Source: Perna viridis (lineage: Eukaryota). From it: a DNA stretch of 64,000 bases. The number at the start of each line of letters is the position of its first letter. Position 1 is the stretch's first letter. Under the pieces are notes generated by a model, which saw only the letters and a program-made list of their open reading frames with translations, searched no databases and was not told the DNA's origin. The position numbers and the translations under genes were made by a program. Of the stretch, positions 12,451 through 24,499 are shown in pieces. The DNA lies in NCBI GenBank assembly GCA_037379345.1, contig CM074521.1, positions 35,240,704 through 35,304,703 of the forward strand, written 5' to 3'.

Positions 12451-13316
12451 TGACTTAAATTCTAAATAACTTTTTTCTTGATAGTATTTTCATCTCTTTG
12501 CATGTAGGTATGCTTAGGCTACTAAAGTACTACATGATCAGCAAAAAAAATCCTTCTACACTTTTCTGTAAGCGTGTCAAATTTGCCGTTTCTGGAATGG
12601 CAAATTTGTCCCTCAGAGAGTTATTAGTTTGAAAAGAGACAAAAAGAAAACGCACTATTTTTTTTATACTTCCCATGTTGGTCAAGGATATGCACTGTTT
12701 TAGTTTTTCATAATAAAATTTTGTACTTTGATGTTATAAATTTTATAAACTATAGTTTATTAAATATAATATGTTCAAAATGTAGTTCATTGAATATTTA
12801 TATGTCCTACTGCATTCAACATTTCCATAAATCATGAGCTTAATATTTTACTTTCAAAACTTTTAGTAGAATCCCACTGACCATTAAGTCTAATGTAATT
12901 CCAGATCCAACTAAAATTTAGTAGGAATTGTTACAGTTGCTAATTGTACCTCCAACTTCAATTCAACATTTAATTCAGTAATTTATAACAAATAAATCAC
13001 GTGACAGCTTGATGTAGTACAATATCTTAGATTGTTTTGTCTGTGTAAATTTCATACAAGCAACCGAAGCATTTCGTAATCAGGCTTGAAACTAATAAAA
13101 TAATAACCTTGAAGGTGGTGACCGTTCATTCAACTTAAATAAATAAACAACAGTTGGTTTACTTTGTATATCTTCATTACCAAAGTCAATACGGACTGTT
13201 GGTTTACATTTCACTTGAATGTTAATATCAATTATAAATTCAACTACATCCTTTGCAACATAATAGCAGAAGGTGTTTATAAGGCTGTTCAAAATTTGAG
13301 AGATTTAGAAATGAAT

Positions 13317-14400
13317 TTACCAAGTTACAGTTACCCAGTTACATTCACAAAGTTACATTTATCTAGTTACAATTAACTAGCTACAGTTACCCAGTTACAG
13401 TTATCCAGTTACAGCTATCTAGTTACAGCTATCCAGTTACATTTACCCAGTTGCAGTTATCCAGTTATCCAGTTACAGTTACATTTACCCAATTACATTT
13501 ATCCAGTTACATTTACTCAGTTGCAGTTGATTATCCAGTTACAGTTACCCAGTTACATTTACCCAATTACAGTTGCCCAGCTACAGTTATCCAGTTAGTT
13601 ACACTTACATTTACCCAGTTGCAGTTATCCAGTTACAGTTATCCAGTTACATTTACCCAGTTGCAGTGTTCCAATTACAGTTACCCAGTTCCAGTTACAT
13701 TTTTCCAGTTACATTTACCGTTACAGTTACCCAGTTACAATTACATTTTCCCAGTTACAATTAACCAGTTACATATGCCCAGTAACAGTTATGCAGTTAC
13801 ATTTATCCAGGTGCAATTATCCGGTTACAGTTACAGTTACATTTACCCAATTACAGTTATCCAGTTACATTTACTCAGTAGCAGTTAATCATCTAGTTAC
13901 AGTTATGCAGTTACATTTACCCCGGTGCAATTATCCAGTTACAGTTACAGTTACATTTACCCAATAACAGTTATCCAGTTACATTTACTCAGTTGCAGTT
14001 AATCATCTATTTACAGTTATCCAGTTACAGTTACTCAGTTGCAGTTAATCATCTAGTTACAGTTACCGAGTTACATTTACCCAATTACAGTTATCCAGTT
14101 ACAGTTACATTTACCCAGTTATAGTTGCCCAGTTACAGTTATCCAGTTAGTTACACTTACATTTACCCAGTTGAAGTTATCCAGTTACAGTTATCCAAAT
14201 TACATTTACCCAGATGCAGTTATCCAATTACAGTTACCCAGTTACAGTTACAGTTACATTTTTTAAGTTACATTTACCGTTACAGTTAGATTTTCCCAGT
14301 TACAATGAGCCAGTTACAGTTACCCATTACAGTTACAGTTAACCAGTTACAGTTACAGTTAACCAGTTACAGTTACAGTTAACCAGTTACAGTTAACCAT
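13317..14400. repeat. Compound satellite of CAGTTA/CATTTA/CCCAGTTA/TCCAGTTA units (~1.1 kb)
   Basis: Directly visible tandem array. Confidence 0.95.
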
Positions 14401-15096
14401 GGCCAGTTATAGATACCAAAGTTATATGACATTGTTGACATTTAGTTCAATACATTTATATATCGATGTCTCTTTTTCAACGAAATGGCTGAATAAACAC
14501 TTTTCGAAAACCTTGAAGATATGGACATTTGATAATGAAATAACATGCATTTTCTCTTATTTTAACAAACGTATATATTTTCTATTACTTATTATAACAT
14601 GAAATTTTCTATTTTCTATAGCTAGGTTTTTTGCTTTTTATCAATTTAGATCGAAGATCAGAATTGATATAGCAGTCGCCAGAACCTTTAAATTTGTAAA
14701 GCCTGTTTGCATCTGCAATTATCTTGCACTACCGCCGGAAAATAGTCCCATTGGCTTACCTCATTAATGTTCAAATGCAGATGGTTTGGTCCACTTTATA
14801 GGTATTTCTAATACATCATAATTAATTCGAAGCTATTTACGCCAATAAACAACTTTTACTGCGAACTAAATATGCTGATTAATTTGGTTTGAATTGACAA
14901 TGATTCAATTAAAAGTAGTTGACATCTAATCTCTTATCAGTACCTGTTTATTTCTATGCGTTTACCCGAATAAACCAATCGTTCACTGTAGACATATTCA
15001 AAATTGCTATAAATGCTTTATTCTTAGTTAAAGACGCCAAGCTGTTAAATATATAAATCCTTGTTGACCTTTTGACCTTTTGATGTTTAACTAGAA

Positions 15097-15586
15097 ATGA
15101 AAACCCTGCGAGATTATAAATATTCATCGTTCATAGAAATGAAATATAAAGAGGTATGCTGAGTACCAATTGGAAGAGCTATTTTCAGATATTTCATGCA
15201 AGCCTTGGTGGATCCATACACTAAGTGTTTACAAAAATGTGGCAGTGGTTCCGATCAAGAAACTTGTATAAAGAGGTTCCAGGCAGGGAGTACACGTCCT
15301 GTTCCAGGCTATTATGTGCCGCTCATTTTTGACAATCTTTTAAGAAAAGGGTCGTATAACCCCCGAAACTATCCTGATGTATGACCCATTGTATCGTGTA
15401 TTTTTATTACGGTTACCGCCTCGTGACATCAGAAACCCGGAGATGACAAATAAAATTAAAACTTTGCTTAGAAGATGGCATAGGAATTTCGAAAATGCAT
15501 TTCTCGGAAATTATGTTAGTCTGTGGTCTGGTGATATTGCTTTTCGAAATAATCATTCTAATGTATGTATCGCTGGAAGTAGGTGA
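15097..15586 (+). pseudogene. Disrupted coding-like segment of unknown family
   Basis: ATG 15097 is in frame with ORF 15196-15384 through one TGA (KEVC*VPIGRAIFRYFMQ). A frameshift then joins ORF 15377-15586. More GC-rich than the flanks; no family recognised. Confidence 0.3.
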
Positions 15587-15729
15587 CGAGAAACTAAGCG
15601 CTTTTACATGACACATAGGTGTCTATGCGAGAACTTGTAGCACTAGGGCTATAAAGCCTAGCGACTGAGTAATGTAGCTAGTTGAGAGGGACTGTATATT
15701 AGGACATATCTATTTCAATGATGAATGAC

Positions 15730-16013
15730 CTGCATGATGAAAACGGATTTGTTCAACGTGTCATAGTTTTCCATTCTTTTATGTCTACCTTGGACTTGAC
15801 TTTTTATGAGCAACTCGGCGGTTGTCTCCGGAAAAGCAGAGGACGCTTACTCTGCCGGTTCATACTCTCTGTTTTAGTGGAGTCCTAGTTGCTCATTTAC
15901 TTTTGTTACTTTGTATGTATCATTTTGGTGTGTCTGTTTTCTATTTTTGATATTTGTCCCTGGAAGGCATTCTTTTCATTTCCGCTAGAATCTTGGTTCC
16001 CTTGATTACTCTT
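15730..16013 (+). mobile_element. Naiad-type PLE 3' module, stand-alone truncated copy
   Basis: Matches 8530-8835: GGACTTGACTTTTTATGAGCAACTCGG...AAGCAGAGGACGCTTAC...GGTTCCCTTGATTACTCTTT. Confidence 0.85.
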
Positions 16014-17374
16014 TGACAGACAGATTCGACCTGGAGGTCGATAAAATGAATTTCGACTTGAAAATTTACTATACAGGAAAGGCCAACTAGTAGTTAGAGG
16101 TGTAATACCCTTGTTTCGGGAACCATTCGCCTGCACATATATGAAAGTAGTTCGAAATGACATAAAGTAGTCCTAAGATTGCATATCATTTTTCTCATAG
16201 TTAGTAGAGATATAAAAACTTAGTATCATCTGAAAGCTGAATGAGTCAGCGGTAGTCTTAAAACTTCAGTCCTTTTCTAAGTGTATGGTAAATAATTTTG
16301 GACAAAAACTCTATGCCTTTGAAATGACTAAATTTCAAAACGAAAATACTGATTTCTGAATCTGGCTACTTTAACTTTACGGTTCTTTCTTAGAAGGCAC
16401 ATAACTCAAAGGTATGTCAATATTTTTATGAGAGTGAACATAAAGGGTGCCCATCATGATGAAACCCCCAGCACCATCTGTACTCATGTAAAATTTGTTA
16501 TAAGCCTTATAAATAGCTGAATTTAACATAGAAAGTATTGGAGACATTAAATGGTGGTATTACGCCATGTATTTCAATTACAATATGCAATATGTCAAAG
16601 AGTTTGTGTTTATTTATCAAGGTGTTTCATGTAAACCGACATCAAACCTGAATATAACGCAGACTGGTGCACTGCAACGATGCATCGTGAATTTTGGTGT
16701 GTGTGGTTGTTTTTAATGTCCTTCGTAATCAGAATGATCAATTTAAAAATAAATCAAAGAATTCAGTATGATAGTAACCATTTACAACAATAAGCTTATG
16801 TGATACGTTTAAATTCGTTGCCCGAACTTTTCTTTTATACCCTATTTTTGAAATTCGACGATTGTCTGAGGCGTTAAAAATTCAAACGATCGATATAAAT
16901 TGATGCAGTACATGAGTACTTTGATTAATCACATTTTCGTTGTACAACTTTTATAAACATTAGGCATTGGTTAATATAAATAAGATTGTAGGCGGCAAAA
17001 CTTGTCATTAAGTAATTAAAACATTTTAAGTGCATGCAACTGGGCATTAATGAAATATCATATTTGAACGCTGCTTTTATGAAATACATCAGGTAGTTTT
17101 GAAGAGTATTAGATTGTGGTATATGGCAAGAGATTCTTTATTTACAACACATTACACTTGTTCCTTTGTCACTTTATTGAGTAATTATCACATTTTTTCG
17201 GCATACAGTTGGAGTTCCTCAGTAATTTAAACCAATATAGACTAAGAAAATAAGACTAAGGAAATCTATACCTGATAACATTGTTAATAGCTATATAGGT
17301 AATTTGACACCAAGTTTAATCATACCATTATTATATCTATGGTAACGTGAGGACACTGGATGATAACAGTGATG

Positions 17375-18126
17375 AGAAGTGATACTGCGTTTGCAAGCAA
17401 AACACAAAAGTCGCCAAACCGGCAAGTAGTCGAATTTAGCCAAATAATGAAGCCGCCATTGAATTTAGAATGCAATGTTTACTCTAGAAATCAATTTTCA
17501 TTGAAATCGAACAAAGTTGACATTTTACCGATTTTGGCGGCCTTTTTGAAAAAAGCATGGCGGCTATTAGACAAAATCTGGAGCCGCAATTGAATTCAGA
17601 ATGTCACGTTAACCCTTGATATCAATTTTCATTGAAATCCAACATTGTTGAAATTTTTCCGATTTTGGCGGCCATTTTGAAAAAAATGGCGGCATCCTAG
17701 AATTTTTTTTATGCCTATGACGTCAGAAAGTCGAGAATAGCGTTTTGAATTTTTTTCATCTAATGAGTTCCACTAATTTTATAGATTTTTTTTTCATTTT
17801 CCGGGTTTTGTTTTGGTGGCCATTTTGAAATCGGCAGCCATTTTGAAATTCCGGAAGTAGCTTGCACATTCCCTGAGCAAGCTTGCATTTTGAGCCCAGT
17901 TTGGTATAAATTAAATAAACGTTCTCCGAGAAATCGCCAGGACATCTCTAAATGCAGAAGAAGAAGTATAATAATTAAAATAATAATAATAAGAAGAAAA
18001 ACAGTAAAAGTAATAAGTCTGCGCCACTTCGTGATCGGCGACTTGATAAGAAGAACACTAATAATAAGAATAATAAGAAACGGAGCAAAAACAATAAGTC
18101 GCAAAACTCCGTTTTGGCGACTTAAC
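17375..18126 (+). mobile_element. Helentron-associated non-autonomous element (HINE/pearl-like)
   Basis: Subterminal IR AAGTCGCCAAA (17408-17418) / TTTGGCGACTT (18113-18123), terminal hairpin 18096-18123, tandem core repeats with GCCATTTTGAAA motifs, and (AAT)/(AAG) microsatellites. Confidence 0.7.
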
Positions 18127-18137
18127 TAACGGATAAA

Positions 18138-19532
18138 TCATATAATATCTTCAAAAAATCTGCCATGAAGATTAAATGGTACAATCGTTGGTAAAATTGC
18201 CTTATTTATTGTTTCCATGGTAACGGCGTCTATAACCGCTAAGTAGCTTTGTTTGTGTTCACCATCTAAGATTGGTACAAGCAGATGACCATCGTCTTCT
18301 GACGTTGCTCCTGGTTTCGGTACAAACCAGGCCTCCGCAGGATAGTGATGTGGTATATGCCAGAATTTGTCCCCATTGTCGCTGCACATGTCTTTTTTAA
18401 CAATTGCCATTCTGCATAGAGTGACATTATCTATTTTCAAAACGTTTCCGTAAACAAAACAGTAGTCCTTGTATCTGTAACGTTCATTTATAGTAGGCAG
18501 ATCCAAGTAATTTGCAAATGGCACGGTCGGGGTTACGGTTACCGGCTTGTACATAACGGTGCGCTTTTTTACATTAATTAAATATCGTCTTAATTGAGCA
18601 TGCGCATCAAAGGAGTTTCTCTTAACGGGATCTCTTAATGTAGACAGTTCAAGGTTTTTCACAAAATCGGGGCTAGGATATGAAGAAATGTCTACAATTA
18701 TTTCATCATTATTTTCGAAAGCATTGATATGGTGCATTGTAAATATATTGTCAGTTTCTATAGTAACGACATTCTTTGTTTTCAAATTGATAACATACAC
18801 AGTTGTCGGCTCATCAGGCATCCAGTCAAGACCCTTGATTGGAGCGGCATATTTTACCATGTTGAAAACGTTCACAAAAAATGGTGCTGCGAAAATTATG
18901 ACGAAGTTCTCCGTTACGGAAAATGAGTGCATATAGGGAACGCGCTTCACTGGCCACTGTACAACCTCTTCACGATCAGTTGCCGATTTGATTCTAACTA
19001 ATGAAATTTTACTTTTCATATCAGGTATGAGGCTCACACTACTGACAAACGTAAAATGATTGGTTGTGCCATATTCAGGTAATGGATGCGCAGACGATAA
19101 GAAACTTAAAAAAGCAAAACCCCCTGAATGCCCAGGATGAGGCAGGACGGTGGTTATACTGGATATTGTATCGAGTGAATCGTGTGTGATTTGATAGATT
19201 TTCCAGAAGTCGTTTAACGCAACATATTCAAACGTTTTATCTTTTTTGTTGAAGAATCTGTAGACGTTTACATTCATGTTGTCAATGCCACGCACTAGTG
19301 CTTCCATCTTTTGAAACTCGTTAAATGGCGGCTGGACAGATTCAAACATTAAATACGGCGCAATATCGTTACTCGACAAAGAGTCTTTGTAAAAATTCGA
19401 TTTTAAAAACTTAGTGCTGAAAGATGCGGAACCGTTGCCATAGAATTTCCAGCTAGAGAGCTTTCCAAAGGCGTCAAATGAATGAGTGAAGTTCCTTTGT
19501 CCATTTTCAAACATACCAAATCCGTTTCTAAT
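18138..19532 (-). CDS. Carotenoid cleavage oxygenase (RPE65/BCO superfamily), exon 2 of 2
   Basis: Acceptor TCTTTCAG|ATT at 19532, phase 0; open to TGA at 18138. Four iron-binding His (SSAHP, YMHSF, TMHHINAFE, NLHGRF) plus RNG, DNMNVN, LPTINE and EDDG motifs. Confidence 0.93.
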   Translation of the reverse strand: MRNGFGMFENGQRNFTHSFDAFGKLSSWKFYGNGSASFSTKFLKSNFYKDSLSSNDIAPYLMFESVQPPFNEFQKMEALVRGIDNMNVNVYRFFNKKDKTFEYVALNDFWKIYQITHDSLDTISSITTVLPHPGHSGGFAFLSFLSSAHPLPEYGTTNHFTFVSSVSLIPDMKSKISLVRIKSATDREEVVQWPVKRVPYMHSFSVTENFVIIFAAPFFVNVFNMVKYAAPIKGLDWMPDEPTTVYVINLKTKNVVTIETDNIFTMHHINAFENNDEIIVDISSYPSPDFVKNLELSTLRDPVKRNSFDAHAQLRRYLINVKKRTVMYKPVTVTPTVPFANYLDLPTINERYRYKDYCFVYGNVLKIDNVTLCRMAIVKKDMCSDNGDKFWHIPHHYPAEAWFVPKPGATSEDDGHLLVPILDGEHKQSYLAVIDAVTMETINKAILPTIVPFNLHGRFFEDII

Positions 19533-19777
19533 CTGAAAGATCAATAAAAAGTTAAAAATTCCGATGGGTTGTACAAGTCTGCTGCGTACACAAATCCTAC
19601 ATCAAGTAAAATCGAACTTTATTAAACACTGGTATCGGTTTCAAAAGATAATGATGTACTATTGACAAAACTAATGGTACTAGTGAGTTAACATTCTACC
19701 TTTCAAATGGTCAGATTTCATATCAAAACATCCGATGGACTACCGTTTGTAAATCATCATTTAGAAATATACTGTAC

Positions 19778-19948
19778 CAGAGTTCCTTGCAGCCACATCT
19801 GAAGTGGTTTCTCAAACTGAATGGGTGCATCTAACAATTCCTTTGTATTAGTTTTAAAATACAAATCAAATCCCGGATCAGGTTCAGTAAGAAGTAAACT
19901 ATCAAACATGCAAACAAGCGTAATAAAAAATGTTATCCATACCATCAT
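19778..19948 (-). CDS. Carotenoid cleavage oxygenase, exon 1 (signal-peptide-like N-terminus)
   Basis: 57 codons, MMVWITFFITLVCMFDSLLLT...WLQGTL|GTACAG. Splicing gives WLQGTL-IRNG, the conserved WLxGTLxRNG motif; total 521 aa. Confidence 0.88.
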
Positions 19949-20959
19949 TAACGATCGACTGAAGTAACTTTCTATTGTCTAGAAATTATATAGTTACGGT
20001 ATTATGCAATTATTATCTTTGTTATATAACCTAAAAGAACTGATAAAAAGTCTTATTTATGTAACTGACTAGACACCTAGGCTACCTGTGAGGCTACTTG
20101 GTCAAGGTGAATAGTGTCATCACCGTAGTAAACAAAGCCAGTGTTTGTCACGTTCAATAGAAAATTTCTATTTTCCCTCTTCGTCGTACAGTTCTAGAAT
20201 GTGGGCTACAGCAAATCCTGGTTTAATCTTGGTTTGCCCACTTTTAATTACCAATTATCAATCAGTTGTATAATCGAAAAAGACAAAGGGTTCACTGACC
20301 ATGAAATTGATTAGTCTGTTTCAAAATAGGTGTCATACATGTATTTTTTAAGTCGCTAATAATCTTGCATATGTAATTTCAGTAATTTACATTCACATAT
20401 GATTTGCATAATTGTATATTACTACTACACATTAAGCTGCTGATCGGTGCCATCTTTATCGTCATAGCTTCATAGGATACAAGAGCGCAATTATTTGTAA
20501 TGCATTTCCCATAGGGTACCTATGTAGTTTGAAAATTAATTTCAAGAAAACCACACAAATTAGCAGAAAATGGGTTTCAGTTCCTAAAACTAGAAAAGCA
20601 TACTTTTTTTTATTTGCAGAAAAAAAAGTATATGGTCATGCAGCAAAAGTTGACCTAAAGTTCAGTTGTTATGGACTTGAAAATTCAGCACAAAATACAC
20701 TGCAAAAAATGAAGCACCTAGATTTCATTTATGAGAAATCATTTCAACCCTATAACATTTTATTAATGTGTTATGTTTAATATCTACATTTATAGTTTGA
20801 TATAAAAATAAACGCTTTGAATATTGGTATTGATAAAGATGATCACAAATTAGGAATTTTGTTATATGCTGATTATATCATTAAAAAATGTTAGCTTAAC
20901 TCCGTGTATGGTGTATTGATAATGAGCTCAGTGTTAATATTACAAATAAATAAATAAAA

Positions 20960-22420
20960 AATCATGCATTTTAGAAATTCATCAGTACCACAATAATTTT
21001 AATTTTTCAATTGATGATAGGTAAAGGAATGTGTTAATGATTTTCAATACTTAGCATTGTTGCTAACAGTATTTTTTTTGGATTATCCATTAATGTCAAA
21101 GGCCAAATCAGCTAGTAAAGCTTAAGGTTTGTTTTATTGGGAAAATCAAAGCTTATGGACGTTTCCAGTACAATACTTTCTCAAAATCATACAAATGTAT
21201 GATGTAATGGTTTGGTCAGTAATCAGCTATGGTGCCAGTATCTGAAGAACTAGGGATTTCTCATGTATTAATGCTGTCCAAAATAGGGCCATGAGATTTT
21301 TCATGGCAGTTGGTAAATACACTCCCAATGATGTCATACATGTGGCTGGGGATATGGGTTAGAAACTCCCATATGTTAAGCAATGTACATGCATTTTGAG
21401 ACATTGAGTATGATGTTCTAATATGGACCCAAATAGAATACATTTTAAATATTTTTAAAAGGATCAAAACGAAATTGTAATACCAAAATTAAAAACTGGA
21501 GCTGTAATGTAATGGAAATGTTAAAACAGTAATTTTATGAGCAATATTGTAATTTTGAAATAAATATAATGCTAAGATGAATCTTTTAATGTTTGAACAT
21601 GGAAGGAAGTTAGAAATGATTATTTATTGTCCGAGCTTTCAATTTAGTATATTAATAAGACGTTCTCACATATACATGTAGAAGTAATTGGTTTACTGAT
21701 AACGTTTAATACTTCTATTTTCAAATTCCGTCATTTTTTTTCTTTTTTTGTCATTACATTAAAGATGTTTTATTGACAATTCGTGATTATTTTACTGTTT
21801 CTATATAAATGATTTAAATATAAGGTGACTTAAAGGTCCAAAAGGCCGGGTATTTGATACATTATACTTATTCAATGTGACATAGTTATCATTTACGCTA
21901 ACACGGGTCACTTTTATTATTATTATAAAATAATTACTTGTTCTAATGCATACAAATATTGTAAAAATACTCGAGGAATATATGTTTGTAAAATTAAAAA
22001 AAAAAGTTTGTTGTTAAGAGTTAGATCATTTGCTGATGGTTATAAATTAAGAACGTATAAATTGTTTAAACAAGAATTTTGTACTGAGACATGATACTTA
22101 AAAAAACATTTCTTGTATTAAACATAGAAGTGCTTTTGCTCGTTTAAGACGTGGAGTTGTCCAACTTAGAATAGAAACTAGAAGAATTTTTATAAAGAAC
22201 TGGTGTCAATTGAAGTACTGATTGATATTGAAGACGAGTTACATGTTGTTATACATTGTACAATGCACTGTATATGCAAATCTTAGGCTAAATGATACAA
22301 CACATCTAAATGAACATTTCAATCTATTATCAGAAAATGAAATGGTTTAATTTTCACTTAACATTGAAAATATGATTAATATAGCTGCCAAAACATGCAG
22401 CAATATTTTATCAAGAAGAA
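20960..22420 (+). mobile_element. Heavily degraded CR1/L2-like LINE ORF2 3' half
   Basis: Fragments SCINAVQNRAMRFFMAVGKYTPN, LRTYKLFKQEF, RSAFARLRRGVVQLRIET and IEDELHVVIHC; many stops. Confidence 0.65.
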
Positions 22421-24224
22421 ATAGTTTTTATATCACTAATTTTGAAAAAAAAACATGTTAATAGTTTCAATTTTAAAGAAATAAACTCCATCTATTTTAT
22501 GATTGTCATGTATATACGAGTTTGTATATAGGATATACAAATGTCTTTCAGCAGTCTGAAAAGATGATCAGTTCTTTGTTCCTCAATGCCTATTTACAAA
22601 AAATGTCACATCTTTATAAATCAAACATGTTTCCTTTGACTGGCAGTATATGTAACAATGTTACATGATATTAAGAATTGTTTTCTTCAATTTATCTATC
22701 ACTGATTCCCTTTAAATGTCTTTAAAAGAGGCGTCCATAAAAAGAATTGAAATCATCCTTTTTCATAATTATAATTACGGAATGGAAGTAATTTTTTGCA
22801 AGTTTTTTTTTCAAAAGAACGTACAACAAACTACATGTACGTGTCGTTGGTGCACATATTGGGGGGAAATAGAATTGTAAACATTTTTTATTGGAAACTT
22901 AAACTATTCTCATTTGGAAAGAACGTACATGTATGTGGTTTGAAATAAGTCATTTTAAAGTATCCAAATACCGCAGCTCCAATAAATCGAATATTTTAAT
23001 TTGGAGTCTGTTACTGGCCATTGCTCCAATTAGACAGTAAACCAGGCTGTCTGGTTGGAAAGTTACTTCCCATTGCTTAAAACTCAAAGTCGGGAATCTG
23101 AAAGAGAATTATACAAATGAAAACGGAGTCTGACATGAAGAATCTGAACTGCTATATTAAAACTCATGAAATTAAAAACTTGACAGTTGCACTATTTGGA
23201 TTCAGAAATTGTTTTGGTGCGAATTATTCAGAATTGAAAGATTTGACGTCAGTCGGCAATTTGTTCCTTACTTACTTACTGCCCATTACGCCCTCTGGCG
23301 TGTGGGGCAGCAACAAAGTCCTTCCATTTCTGCTGGTCATTGGCAAGCTTCAGTAGCGTCACTCGTATTTGGTTGTTATCCTTCATCTCCGTATCTACTG
23401 TGCGACAGCAGGTAATTTTGGGTCTCCTCTGCGACATTTTCTCTGCGGGGTCCAGAATAAAGCTATTTTAGTCATGCTGTCCATTCCCTTCTCAGTATAA
23501 TTGTTGGCATATTTTCCTCACAGCATACCTCGATAGAAATTCTTTATGATCTTTTTGGGCCAACATATTTTTCAGATTCTCCGCAGACTATTGGTATGGA
23601 ATGTTGATAGCTTCGGTCATACGCAAACATTCCGAACTATAGAGTAACTTTGTTATACAGATTAAGCTTTGTTCTCGATGTGTATTGACCAGATTTCCAG
23701 ACTGTATTCCAATTATTAAACGCAGTTCTAACTTTGGCCAATCTTTGTTTGATGTCTGTTTCGGCTCCTCTATCTGTATTAACAGTACTTCGCAAGTAAA
23801 AGTATCATATCTCTTGACATTATCTCCATTGACTTGTACAAGGTTTGTATTTGTACTATTTCTGTCTTTTTTGCATTAATCTTTAATCTTACTTGTTCAT
23901 AATAATGTTGTAGTCTGTTGGTTTTCCCTTGAATATATCGGTGTGTGCGGGAGAGTAAAACCAAATCATCAACAGTCCAATTCTTCCAAGTTTGTAAAAG
24001 TTAACCATCTGATTCATTGTGGGATGCCTCTTGTCCGTCGCATAACCCAGTCAATCACAATAATGAAATGATTAGATGATATAACACAATCTTGTCTTAC
24101 ATCAGAGGAAAGTATAGATCACTACTGCCATTGACCCGTGGTTACTATATCTAATGAGAAACCTTCTGACAAAATCGTGATGAAAGAATTCATTTGCAAT
24201 ATCCAAAGGATTCTGTAGACTAAT

Positions 24225-24440
24225 TTGCATACAAAATTGACTTTTGTGACACAAAATTGAAATTTGGTCTCACAAAATTGAAATTTGTGACACAAAACTG
24301 ACTTTTGTGAAAAATTGAATTTTGTCACACAAAATTGAATTTAGTGACACAGAATTGAAAATTTGTAGTATGATTCATTTTTGTTGAACAAAATTCAATG
24401 TTGAGAACAAAACCACAAGAGCCCCATTCGGCGCCCCATA
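24225..24440. repeat. ~20-bp quasi-palindromic tandem array (ACAAAATTGAAATTTGTGAC), probably the interior and end of a MITE
   Basis: About 7 visible units, followed by a GC-rich terminus ...TTCGGCGCCCCATA; matching left TIR not found. Confidence 0.65.
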
Positions 24441-24499
24441 ATTTTTTTTAAGATCTTTAATTGCAGAGATGATTTCATCTGTACCAGGGGGGTCTATAC

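Larger units (their letters stand above)
1..12576. mobile_element. Large long-TIR DNA transposon relic, possibly CMC/EnSpm(CACTA)-like; left end lies outside the window
   Basis: ~61-460 is the diverged reverse complement of ~11840-12262. Both arms continue outward into palindromic TTCCCATGGGAA-type repeats (1-60; 12290-12450). The putative right terminus ...CTTTTCTGTAAGCGTG (12576) reads CAC... on the reverse strand, as animal EnSpm ends do. No intact transposase seen; superfamily is inference. Confidence 0.55.

Noticed and set aside
13451-13888. 145-aa and 63-aa ORFs rich in V/T/Q/L/S/Y
   Set aside because: Translations of the CAGTTA satellite.
17760-18129. Ile/Leu-rich and Arg/Ile-rich ORFs
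   Set aside because: Derived from (AAT)/(AAG) microsatellites of the HINE element.
19533-19544. ORF-track start MIFQ for the oxygenase
   Set aside because: Non-ATG start within the intron's acceptor region; the real N-terminus is exon 1.
24225-24410. CRISPR-like repeats (also 28370-28840)
   Set aside because: Contiguous units without unique spacers, no cas genes, eukaryotic MITE context.
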